A stretch of DNA of 64,000 bases from a virus, in the IMG/VR virus record IMGVR_UViG_3300021406_000010, positions 32,001-96,000 of that record. One strand, written 5' to 3'. The position numbers were made by a program, and so were the translations under genes. Below, one piece after another: positions 16,814 through 26,460 of the stretch. How positions within the stretch are numbered: the first letter of the stretch is position 1; each line of letters opens with the position of its first letter. The notes under the pieces were generated by a model, which was given only the letters and a program-made list of their open reading frames with translations, had not been told where the DNA came from and made no database searches.

Positions 16814-19800
16814 GGCAAGGATCCTCCTCCCAGCGGGAAGCCTACATCGTCCTTGCCACGGCGCACCCGCAGCTCGGCGAACCGCACCCCCACCGGAGGC
16901 CGGGCGGCCGACATGTCCTCGCCATCTTCCAGGAACCCGAGCGTCATGTGCGGCTTCCACTGCCGGTGCTCACTGGCCGACAGGTCTTCCAGGGCCTCCC
17001 GCAGCGCGGTGATGCCAGGCGCGTGCACGTGGGTGAACGCCGGGACCTTGCCGTCGTCGCCCGGCGGGAAGGACCCGACCCCCTGCAGCACCGCGTCCAT
17101 CGGGGGATGCGCGGCGGCGGCGGTCCTGGCCCGGTCGCAGGCGGCGGCGTACGCCTCGTCGCTGACGTCCGCCCCCAGGTAGACCAGGGTGACGTGCTGG
17201 TGGTCGACGGCGCCCGGCAGCGGCTCGACCAGGCCGCTGGGGACGGGCAGGTAGATCATCCCGGAGCGGGGCTTCAGGTCATAGCCGGAGGCGGCGGTGA
17301 CCGGCGGGAGCTGGTGGACGCGCCTGCGGTAGTTGCTGACCAGCGCCATGGCGTCGGCATGGTGGCGCAGGAAGTCGCCACCCGATCCCGGCTCGATCGC
17401 GTCGAGGGCGGTGGCGTAGTGCCGGGCGAACTCCGGGCCGTGCATTACCTCGTCGGGGAGCCTGGCCAGCGGGTCCAGCCCGGCATGGTGGATGTGCAGC
17501 AGGTGCCCCGCCTCGTGGGCGACGGTGCCCCGGCGCCAGTGCTCCGGGTACAGCAGCGCCACCCCGGGGTGCCCGTCGATGAGCGCCACGCTGGAGGCAC
17601 CGCGTCGCGGGTCCTGGTGGGCGATGACGGAAGCGCGGGCCGCCTTGGCCGCCGGGTAGCCGCCAGCCGCCAGGGCGTGGCGCAGGATGGCCGACCCTGC
17701 CTCGCTCGGCATGCCCAGCAAGCCGCTGAAGTCGTCGGGGTCTCGGTCGTCGAGCGGGGCGGCGAGGGCGGGATGGTCAGCGTAGGCGCGATCCTGGGCG
17801 ATGCGGATGACGGCCTTGTGCGGGCGGTCGGCCGCCCAGGCGCTCAGCGGGCTCCACGCTCCACCGCGCGCTGACTCCCGGCGGCGTGGCTCCAACGATG
17901 AGGCCGTCCTGCTTGGAGGCTCATGCGGAACCCTGCTCGCGATCTTGCCCTGGTTCAGGATGATGTGGCCGACGAAGTCCTTGGGCGGGTGGAACTCCAG
18001 CACGTCGGCGCCGGCGTCCCTGGCCTGCTGCACGCTGTCCACCATTGCCTTCAGGCTAGAAAGGCCAGCCTTCCGGACCACGGCGTCTGGCGCCATCTCG
18101 ATGCGGTCCACTTTCGGCCCGTAGAGCCTGGCGACCTCAGGATCGTGGGACACGAACAGCCCGGCGTTGTCCCAGGCGTCGATGCCCGTCAGGGCGCGCT
18201 CCTTGCGCCCGTAACCGTGGTAATAGACGCGAGGGCGGACTGGCTTCCGCGCTGCCCCTGACTTGCGCACCTTCTCCCACGACGCGGCGAATCCCGGGTG
18301 CAGCGGCAGTCCCTTCATCTCCCCTGGGGTGAACCACCCGTGGCCGGAAGACTCCCAGTCGGCGTCCGGGTCGCCGCCGCGCGGGGCGAACCGGGAGGGG
18401 GAGTCCATCACCACGGTCGAATAGGCCCATCCGCCATGATCGTCAGTGTGGGTCCGGACGTGCCGCAGGCCGCCCGGCAGCGGCCCCAGCTCCTCCTCGG
18501 CCTCCCGCCGCGCCCCTTCCTCGGGGGACTCGCCGCGTCGCAGCGCCCCGCCGGGCGTCGACCAGGTGCCCCCGTGCTGGACGTAAGGGGAGCGGTGCTG
18601 CAGGAGGTAGCGGTACTGGCCGTCATCGCCCCGGTGGCGGACGAGCAGCCCGGCCGCGCCCGCCGTGCCCCAGTGGGAATGGCCCTGGGCGCAGGTGGTG
18701 TAGTCTTCGGTGTCGCCCTCGTCGTCATCCTCGCCTGGCATCGAGGTGACTTCCATGCCGATCCGGCGGATGACCCGGACGGGGTGCTTGCTGGTGAAGG
18801 TGCTTGCGTTGAAGTCGTGACGGTAGGGACCGAGCGGCTCTACCTCGTAGACGTACGCCTGCTCTCCCGGTCGCCCGGGACGGCCGAAGGCGGGGATCGC
18901 CCCGGTAGCCAGCTCGGCGAATGTCCGGGCCGATGACTCACGATCGGTGAAGTACACGCTGCCTGGGTCACTCCCCTTCATCGTCCTCTCGTGAGACTGC
19001 GCGGGGTCCAGGACGTGGCCGGGATCATAGGGCTTGTTCGTGCCGTGGAAGAAGCGCTGTGGCTCCTCCTCCAGCGCCGACGTGACGTCCATGCCGTGGC
19101 TGAGGCGATGATGCGTCCAGGCGGGGTCATCCTTCAGGCGCGTCCTGGCCTGGTGATCCGGGGGCGCCCAGGAGATGCCCATCAGCCGGACGGGAGCGCC
19201 CTTGCGGATCGGCACCTCGGCGTGATCCTCGTGCCCCCTCTCGTCATAGCGGGTAGTGCCCAGCTCGTCGAGGACGCCAGGGTCTTCCTCGATGTGCTCG
19301 CGGGCAGGCGCCTGGGCGTGCAACATGACCGGAGTGGCCCCCGGCACGGGCCTGGTGATGAGGTTCCCCTCGGCATACCCCTTGGCCGTCTCCCGGTTCC
19401 CGGACCAGTTCACCCCCGTGCCCTGGCCGACGTGGCGCAGCAGCAGCCGCGCCCGCTGGCGCACCGGCAGGGACTCATCGTGCACCTGCTCATGGACGCC
19501 GGGCGGCAGCAGGACGCTCAGCCCCCGGTGCACCTGGGCTGGCAGCCTGACGTGCTCCCACTCGGTGATCGCCGGGTGCTCGTAGCGCCACATCCGGTGG
19601 TCGGCCTCGTGCCGCCCGCTGCCGCCGTCGTTACGGTCGCTTCCGCAGTAAGGGCACGGGTCCGGCTCGTCTTCGTCGCCTAGCGCTGCCTCGGCCTGCA
19701 GGCCGCCGCCGGTCATGTCGCGGGAGGCAGTGCGGCCTGGCAGGTTCCGCTGGTGGCTCTCCCAGTCGCCGTAGGCGCCCCCGAGGGTCTCGTCTTCGTC

Positions 19801-22713
19801 CCACAGGCGCCTCGGGATGGGCATCAGGTCAGGCTGGCGCCCTAGCGGCACCTCGCGCACGACGCGCAGCGGGTGGCGCGACATCCAGGAGTTCGGGGCC
19901 GGGCCGAACTCAGGGTCGTGCCCGCTGACCTCCTCCCTGTCAGGGAGCACGGGACCAGTCGGCTCGACCTCGAAGACGCGCCCCTGGTGGGGGGTCTTGG
20001 CCTGTGCGGCGAAGTCTGCCGCCTCGTCCCGGTCGTCGGTCGCGTAGACGTGCTCGCGCTTCCTGTCCCAGGTCCTGTCCGGGGAGTTGCTCGGGTGACC
20101 GGGGCTGATCAGGTCGCCTGGCCTGAAGGGGAAGCGGGCACCGTGGTAGATCGGCACGCTCTCGTCGCGGGCGGCCGTGTGCTGCCCGGCCGGCGGCCCG
20201 TCGCCGATCATGTCCCTGAACCGCTGGTGGTGGTAGGTGAAGTCGTCCCCGGCGTGCTTCGAGATCTTGTTGAGCACCGCCCCGTAGGCCCGCGCCCACT
20301 CCGGCCCGTGGGACTCCTCGTCCGGCGCGTGCTCGTTCGGCTTCCGGCCATGGGCGAGCAGGACGACGTGGTGGGCGCACTCGTGGGCGGCGGTGCCGTA
20401 GTCCCACATCTGCGGGTGCAGGGTGACGCCGGGATGGCCGTCCAGCCACGCGGGGTTGGACGTCTTCCGCTCCGGGTGCGGGTGCCGGGAGACGAACGAC
20501 CCTTCCGTCAGCTCGGCCGGGTACCCGGCGTGCCGCAGGAGGTGGCCCACCATCTCATCGCCCTCGTCGCCCGTGGGGAAGGGCATGCCCAGCCTCGGGT
20601 GCTGCCGGCGGACCTCCTGCTGGGCCAGGGCAGTAGCGGCGTGCCACGGCTCGTGCCCGCGCAGGCCCCACTCATCCATCTCCCGGTCCAGGTCGGCGGC
20701 GTCGCGGATAAGCGGCTCGTCCTCGGGGACGTGCGCGGCGGTCTTCCCGAACGGGTCGTCGGCCTCCCCGCGCCGCATGTAGGCGTCATACTCGGCCGGG
20801 ACGGCCTTCCGGTGCTCGCGCCAGTGCCGGTAGCTGGCGAGGTAGTCATCCCCCGGCTGGTAGTCGCCGTGCTCCTGGGTCCGGACGTACGGCACGGGAA
20901 CACCAAGCCGCCAGGCGACCGCCGCCCGGTGGTGGCCGCCTCCTACTTCCCAGGCGCCCTCGTCATGGTGGGCGACCTCAACCGGGTGCTCGAAGCCGTG
21001 CTCGCGGACGTGTGCCTCCAGGTCTGCCATGTAGCGCGGCTCGCGGCGCAGCAGGTCAGCAGTTACCCCGGCGATGTCATGGTGAGGGTAGTCCGTGAAG
21101 GTCAGCCGACTGAGGTCGCCAGGGTGCAGGACGCCAGACTCTGCCTCATCCTCGTCGTCTAGCGCGGCGGTCTTGGGCGCGTGGGCCAGCTCCCGGATGC
21201 GGTGCAGCACCCCGCCCGGAGCGTATGCGACGTACTTTTCTGTCACGTTTGAAACGTCGTCCCAGCCGGTGCCATCCGGCCCGAACGCCATGTCGCGGCC
21301 CGCGTGCAGCCGGTCCCACAGCGCCCTCGCCTCGCGGGTGCGCAGCGGCTCCTCCAGCCGCAGGATGGCCCGCGCCTCGGCCAGCACCGCGCGGGCCTGC
21401 GCCAGGACGGCCGGGGGAAAATCGGCGAGCGAGTGCTGCGGGAGGTGCGGCGGGGAAACGCTCCAGCGCATGGCGGTGACGTCGTAGGCGGCGTAGGGCC
21501 TGATGGCGGTGACGCCGTCCTCGCCGCCGCCGATCGCCTGGTTGCAGTAGGCGGTGAGCGACCAGGCACCCCCGAACGGCGGGTGCCAGTCCGGGTCGTT
21601 GAACCGGGCGCGGAGCACCGCGTTCAGGGACTGCGTGACCTGGTCATCGCTCATGGCCGACAGGGCGGGTGAATGGGACCGGGCGCAGTCATAGTCCGCG
21701 CCTATGAGCACGTCCAGGTCCTGCGCCTCGTCGTTGGGGCGGCTGCCCGCCCACTCCGACGCCGACCCCCCGGCTATGTAGACCCGCAGCCAGGACTGCC
21801 AGTCGCTGCTCGCGATGCCGGAGTCCGCCCGCAGTGCCTGGTCCAGGCGGGTCATGATGGCCTCGCGGACCTCCGGGCGAAGCTGGCGGTCCTCATCGAA
21901 CAGGCGGGGGTCAAGGCCGGTGGTCGCCGAGAAGATCCCGGAGGAGGGCGACCAGCGGGCTGCTGCCGTCCTGTGCCGGTGCAGCTCCGGCATCAGGCAA
22001 CCCCGCGCCCTGGTCACCCGGACCTCCTCCAGCCCGGCATCCCGTGCCGCCATGTAGCGGTGCTCGCCGTCTTCCAGGATGGTCCCGTGCGAGCAGGTTA
22101 CGAGGGAGCCGGGGACCGTGCCATGGTCCTCGGCGTAGCCGCGCAGGGCCGCCTGCTCCCGGGCAGCCCCTGCCGCTGCTTCGTCACCGTATCTCTTCTG
22201 CGGCTCGTCCTCGGGATGGCGGTACTCCCACACGTCGCCCAGGGTCATCCCCGGGTGGTTCATCGAGGCTACGCCGTGCAGGTCATCAAGCGGCACCATC
22301 GCGCCCCGGTCCTGCGGGCCGGGGCCTTCCGCCGCCCCGGTCACGCTTTTGGGCGGAACGTGCTCCCGCAGGACGCGCACGGGATGCCTGGAGCGGTACG
22401 CCTCTGGCTCGATGCCGCCTTCCTGCAGCTCCGGGTCGGGCTCCATCGGCCCGGTGGGCTGGACCACATACACGCGAGGGGTACTCCCGGGGTTCGCGCG
22501 CACCGCCTCGTCAGCGAAGAAGTCCGCCATCTCGTGCGTGGTGGAGGCGTAGACGTGCTCCCTGGCCCCGCCCTCGCCGATGGCCCCGAGGTCATCGTTC
22601 GCGGGAAATCCGGGAGCGACCAGGTCACCGCGCCTGAGCTTGCGGTGTGTGCCGTGATACCAGGGGCCGCCCGCGTCCGCCCCCCCGGTCACGCTTTTGG
22701 GCCAGGCTCCCAT
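16810..22713 (-). CDS. Giant polyvalent protein B (1967 aa): Arr-like ART, ParB-like, nucleotidyltransferase, ParB-like, zincin, Arr-like, ART-like, Arr-like, Nudix, ART-like, zincin, 2H phosphoesterase
   Basis: Motifs in order: WYHGT..VYVVQPTG; DGEHR; GGSAS..DLDV; GGHHR; HECAH..HGPEW; IYHGA..VFEVEPTG; VHRG..AEVP; FFHGT..VYEVEPLG; GGALRRGESPEEGARREAEEELG; YYHG..GLFVS; HEAGH..HGPEF; HVTL..HMTL. Confidence 0.88.
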   Translation of the reverse strand: MGAWPKSVTGGADAGGPWYHGTHRKLRRGDLVAPGFPANDDLGAIGEGGAREHVYASTTHEMADFFADEAVRANPGSTPRVYVVQPTGPMEPDPELQEGGIEPEAYRSRHPVRVLREHVPPKSVTGAAEGPGPQDRGAMVPLDDLHGVASMNHPGMTLGDVWEYRHPEDEPQKRYGDEAAAGAAREQAALRGYAEDHGTVPGSLVTCSHGTILEDGEHRYMAARDAGLEEVRVTRARGCLMPELHRHRTAAARWSPSSGIFSATTGLDPRLFDEDRQLRPEVREAIMTRLDQALRADSGIASSDWQSWLRVYIAGGSASEWAGSRPNDEAQDLDVLIGADYDCARSHSPALSAMSDDQVTQSLNAVLRARFNDPDWHPPFGGAWSLTAYCNQAIGGGEDGVTAIRPYAAYDVTAMRWSVSPPHLPQHSLADFPPAVLAQARAVLAEARAILRLEEPLRTREARALWDRLHAGRDMAFGPDGTGWDDVSNVTEKYVAYAPGGVLHRIRELAHAPKTAALDDEDEAESGVLHPGDLSRLTFTDYPHHDIAGVTADLLRREPRYMADLEAHVREHGFEHPVEVAHHDEGAWEVGGGHHRAAVAWRLGVPVPYVRTQEHGDYQPGDDYLASYRHWREHRKAVPAEYDAYMRRGEADDPFGKTAAHVPEDEPLIRDAADLDREMDEWGLRGHEPWHAATALAQQEVRRQHPRLGMPFPTGDEGDEMVGHLLRHAGYPAELTEGSFVSRHPHPERKTSNPAWLDGHPGVTLHPQMWDYGTAAHECAHHVVLLAHGRKPNEHAPDEESHGPEWARAYGAVLNKISKHAGDDFTYHHQRFRDMIGDGPPAGQHTAARDESVPIYHGARFPFRPGDLISPGHPSNSPDRTWDRKREHVYATDDRDEAADFAAQAKTPHQGRVFEVEPTGPVLPDREEVSGHDPEFGPAPNSWMSRHPLRVVREVPLGRQPDLMPIPRRLWDEDETLGGAYGDWESHQRNLPGRTASRDMTGGGLQAEAALGDEDEPDPCPYCGSDRNDGGSGRHEADHRMWRYEHPAITEWEHVRLPAQVHRGLSVLLPPGVHEQVHDESLPVRQRARLLLRHVGQGTGVNWSGNRETAKGYAEGNLITRPVPGATPVMLHAQAPAREHIEEDPGVLDELGTTRYDERGHEDHAEVPIRKGAPVRLMGISWAPPDHQARTRLKDDPAWTHHRLSHGMDVTSALEEEPQRFFHGTNKPYDPGHVLDPAQSHERTMKGSDPGSVYFTDRESSARTFAELATGAIPAFGRPGRPGEQAYVYEVEPLGPYRHDFNASTFTSKHPVRVIRRIGMEVTSMPGEDDDEGDTEDYTTCAQGHSHWGTAGAAGLLVRHRGDDGQYRYLLQHRSPYVQHGGTWSTPGGALRRGESPEEGARREAEEELGPLPGGLRHVRTHTDDHGGWAYSTVVMDSPSRFAPRGGDPDADWESSGHGWFTPGEMKGLPLHPGFAASWEKVRKSGAARKPVRPRVYYHGYGRKERALTGIDAWDNAGLFVSHDPEVARLYGPKVDRIEMAPDAVVRKAGLSSLKAMVDSVQQARDAGADVLEFHPPKDFVGHIILNQGKIASRVPHEPPSRTASSLEPRRRESARGGAWSPLSAWAADRPHKAVIRIAQDRAYADHPALAAPLDDRDPDDFSGLLGMPSEAGSAILRHALAAGGYPAAKAARASVIAHQDPRRGASSVALIDGHPGVALLYPEHWRRGTVAHEAGHLLHIHHAGLDPLARLPDEVMHGPEFARHYATALDAIEPGSGGDFLRHHADAMALVSNYRRRVHQLPPVTAASGYDLKPRSGMIYLPVPSGLVEPLPGAVDHQHVTLVYLGADVSDEAYAAACDRARTAAAAHPPMDAVLQGVGSFPPGDDGKVPAFTHVHAPGITALREALEDLSASEHRQWKPHMTLGFLEDGEDMSAARPPVGVRFAELRVRRGKDDVGFPLGGGSLP

Positions 22714-25700
22714 GACCCTTCCGGGCCGTCGCCCGCCGCCGCGATCACCCGCAGCGCCAGGTCATGCACCGCCTCGGCGACCTCCCGGGCGACCGGGGCG
22801 TCCTCCAGCCTGACGGCCACCGCCAGCAGCCGCTCCCCGGTGAACCGCAGGAACCCCGGGATGGCGGCGAGCAGCTCCCGTGCCTCGTCCGCAGCAGTGC
22901 CGGCGGTGATGGCGGCCGGGACCACGTCGGCGACGGGGGAGATGACCATGCCCTGCGAGGCGGACTCCTCGTTGTCGCCGACCCGGCGGATGACGCGCAG
23001 CGGATGCGCGGACTTCCACTCATCGCCGTTGTAGCCGCCCTTCACCTCGCCGGTCGGCGCCACCTCGTAGACGTGGCCGCCAGCGTCCCGGGCGTAGTCC
23101 CGCGCCCCGGTCAGGTCGGTGGTGAAGTGGTTGAACTGCGAGCGCGGTCCCTCGTCGCCCCACGCGTTGGTCGGATGGCCGACAGTGACCTGGCTGCCCT
23201 CGCGCAGCCGCTTCGACCGGCTGCCATGGTAGAAGGGGCCGGTGACCTGCTGCTCCTTGCTGACGTAACCGCCCTCCGGGCCGTGCGTCTGGTACCGCCA
23301 GGTGAACGACGGGGGACCAGGTGGCTCCAGGGCGGCCTCGTGCCGGGAACCGCCGTCGTCCTCGTCCGGCTCGTGCAGGTGCCGGTACTCCTCCGGGACC
23401 GGCATCTCCCGCTTGACGTCGAACCCGGCGCGGCTGCGCACGTCATCGTCGTTGTTGCCGCGCGGCCACCCGTCCTTCAGGTAGAACGGGTCCTTCTCCA
23501 GGTCATCGGCCTTCGGCGTCACCTGGTAGACGCGCGGCGGACGGCCGAGCGTCAGGCTGGCCTTCTCCGCGTAGCCCCAGGCGTGCGCCAGGCCCGCCGT
23601 GGCGTACCCGTGCGTGCCCTCGTGGTCCATCCCGAAAGCGCGGCCACGGCCGGGAGTGACCTCCTGCAGGCCCTCCTCGGTGGTGCCATGGTAGTAGGGG
23701 CCCCTCGCGGGCAGCCCCTGCCGGTGGCGCTCGACGTTCTCGTCCAGGCGCGCCTGCCTGCCTGCAGCCGCCTCCGGGCTGACGTCGAAGGCGTGCGAGC
23801 AGTTAGCGCAGGTGGCCGTGCTCCCGCGACTGCCCGGCTGCCGCTCGCGGCTCCCGCACTGAGGGCACCTCTCCTGCGTCATCAGGGCCAGCTCGCGCTC
23901 GAACTCCGGGGATCGCCTGACCGGCTGGTGCCCCTCCCCGGGGAAGTGATGGACGGGGGCCTTGTGGCTGTCTGAGCAGTTCACGCAGAAGGGGGCCTCA
24001 CCGGGAACGCGCTCCTCGGCCCCGGACGCCTCATCGCGGTGGCGCGCCCACAGGAACCCGTCCAGGTCGCGCTCTGGCGCGATCCTGGTGTGCGGGCCGC
24101 CTTTGGTGGCGGCCGTCACCTCATGCCCCTCCCCGAAGTGCGCCTCCAGCTCCCGGGCCGCCGTGTGCTGCCGTGGCTCGTCCGCGTCAGCGGCATGCGG
24201 GAACCCCGGGTAGGAGGTCCGCTTCCGCTCGCCGCTCGGGTAGTTCAGCGGGGCGGGCCGGTCCTGCGCCTCCGCGCCGTGGAACGGCCCCCTGCGCCCG
24301 TCGGCGAACGGCTCGTCCTCGTGCGGGGAGTAGGCGACGTAGGCGCGGATGCTGGGCCAGTGAGCCGCGTTGGCGCCGTTCGCCCGGTGGTGCCCGTCGG
24401 CCACCTGGAACACGCCGTGGCGGTGCACCAGGACCACCGGGGGAACCTTGTCGCGCTGCCGGTGGTCCCTGAACCCGTCGGCGGCGCGCTTCACGCGGGG
24501 GTCCCACGGCTCGGCCTTCATGTAGTCGATGCGGCTGGTGTCCACCGTGCGCGGGCGGAACCGGATCTCTGACCCCGGGTAGCCGGTGAGCGGGTGCAGT
24601 TCACCGGTGGACTCGGCATAGGGATGTCCTGGCCGGTCGTGGTACAGCTCGGCAGCAGCATCGCCGATGTCCCAGCCGTATCCGTTGCCCGTGTCCGGCC
24701 CGAATCCCTCAGGCGCCCCGTGGACTTCAGGGTCCCCGTACAGGTGCGGGTGCCGCCTCCCGATCTCCTCCCAGGTGAGACCGTCATCGTCTCGGCCAGC
24801 CTCCAGGACGGCCTGGCGGTGCTGCGGGGTGCCCCCCAGCTCGGTCAGCGGCCTGCGGCAGTAGTGGCAGCGCAGCTCCGCCGACGGGTCGCGGACCTCG
24901 TACCGGCCCGAAGACCGGCCAGCAGGCTCCCCGAAGGGGCCGTTCAGCTGGGGCATGTCCCCGCCGGGGAAGATGCCGTGCTCGTCGTGCTCCGGCTCGC
25001 CCTCGGCGAACGTGTGGTGCACCCCGATGCCATGGGCGCGGTCCTCAGCGTGCGACTGCTCGCAGGTGAGGTTGCAGTACCTTCCCTGGTCGTACTCGCC
25101 CCGGTCCCAGCGCTCGTCCCGGGCGCGGTCCCGGGCCAGGGCCGCCTCCACCTCCGGGGAGTGGCCGTCCTCCGGCCAGTGACGCACCTCGGCGCCCTCG
25201 CGGCGGGAGCAGTGCAGGCACTGCGGCACCTCATCTGGGTCGCGCTCGGTGATACCGTCGTCCTCACCCCTGCGCATGGCCCAGGCGAAGCCATGCTCAT
25301 CCTGCTCAGGCGGCATCCGCCGGTAGGACTGATGGTCCTCGTCATCCATGTCGTCCCAGGGCTCGCCATCGTCGTCCTCGCCGCTCGCGGCAGCCTCCAG
25401 GGCGGCAGTGCGCCCGTCGTCATTGCCCTCCAGGTAGCGCATGGCCTCGTCGTGCCCCGGCCCGGCGAACATCCGGTCGATATCGCGGCCGGCATCCCGC
25501 CCGGCCCTCTCGCGGCCCGCCAGCTCGTGGTGCTCGGCCAGCGCCGCGTGCCAGTCGTCGGAAGTGCCCCAGCGGTAGTGGTGCCGGGTGCTATCCGGCG
25601 TGAACGGCTGGTCGCCCTCCACGTGCGGCGGCGTTCCCGGGTCGAGTTCCTTGTGCCGCCAGGCGTCCTCGGTGACCTCCGTCGGGCCGGAGCGCGAGGT

Positions 25701-26460
25701 GACCTTCCCGTGCAGGATGTCCGCCATCGATGACGGGCACTCGGCGCTGTCCGTGCACTCCGCCTGGGTGTGGGGACGCGGCCAGGTCAGCCGGTCGTTG
25801 CAGTACTGGCACTCCTCGCCCCGCACCGGGTCGCCGTACCGGCGCATCCGGCCCCAGGAGGCCCCCTCCATGTCGGAGACGTCCTCCCGGGCCTCGTGCT
25901 CCCACCAGTTCTTGCACGACGGGCACGAGTAGCCTCCCTCGCCCGACCAGGCGTAGCGCGCGTCGTCCGGGCCGCTGACCGCCTCCATCCGGGCGACGGC
26001 CCGCTCGTGCTCGCCGGTGCGGGCGTGCTCCGCCTCGATCCTCGGCCGCAGGTCATCCCAGTACGTCTTGCCCTCGCCGCCAGCGGCCTCGTCATTTGCG
26101 GCAGCAGCTTCCAGGGCGGCCGTGTGCCCGCGCAGGTCGGGAACCTCGCGGATCACCTCGGCAGGATCCTGGGTCGCCCAGTCATGCCCTTGCGCGTCGC
26201 TGCGGTGGCCGATCCAGCCGACCGGCCGTACCTCGTAGACGTGGCGCCCGTACCCCCTTGCCCCCTTGCCGTGCCCGCCGGGCCCCCAGTCGTCCTCGGG
26301 GTGCTCCGTCATGTAGACGTGCTCCAGCGGCTCGTCGGTGAAGTTGCCGGGGTGCCCTGGCTCGACGTGGCCGCCGGGCGCGATCTCGTGCCTGGTCCCG
26401 TGGTAGAGCGGTCGCGGGGCGTCCAGCGGGTGCCGGTGGTCCTCCAGGCCAGAGTCGCTG
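22689..26460 (-). CDS. Giant polyvalent protein A, C-terminal part: Arr-like, Zn-binding modules, ParB-like, Arr-like x2, TraA-like tail (probably continuous with the upstream ORF via a frameshift)
   Basis: LYHGT..VYEVRP; multiple CxxC; VADGHHR; YYHGT..VYQVTP; FYHGS..VYEVAPTG..HPLRVIR; no credible start of its own. Confidence 0.8.
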
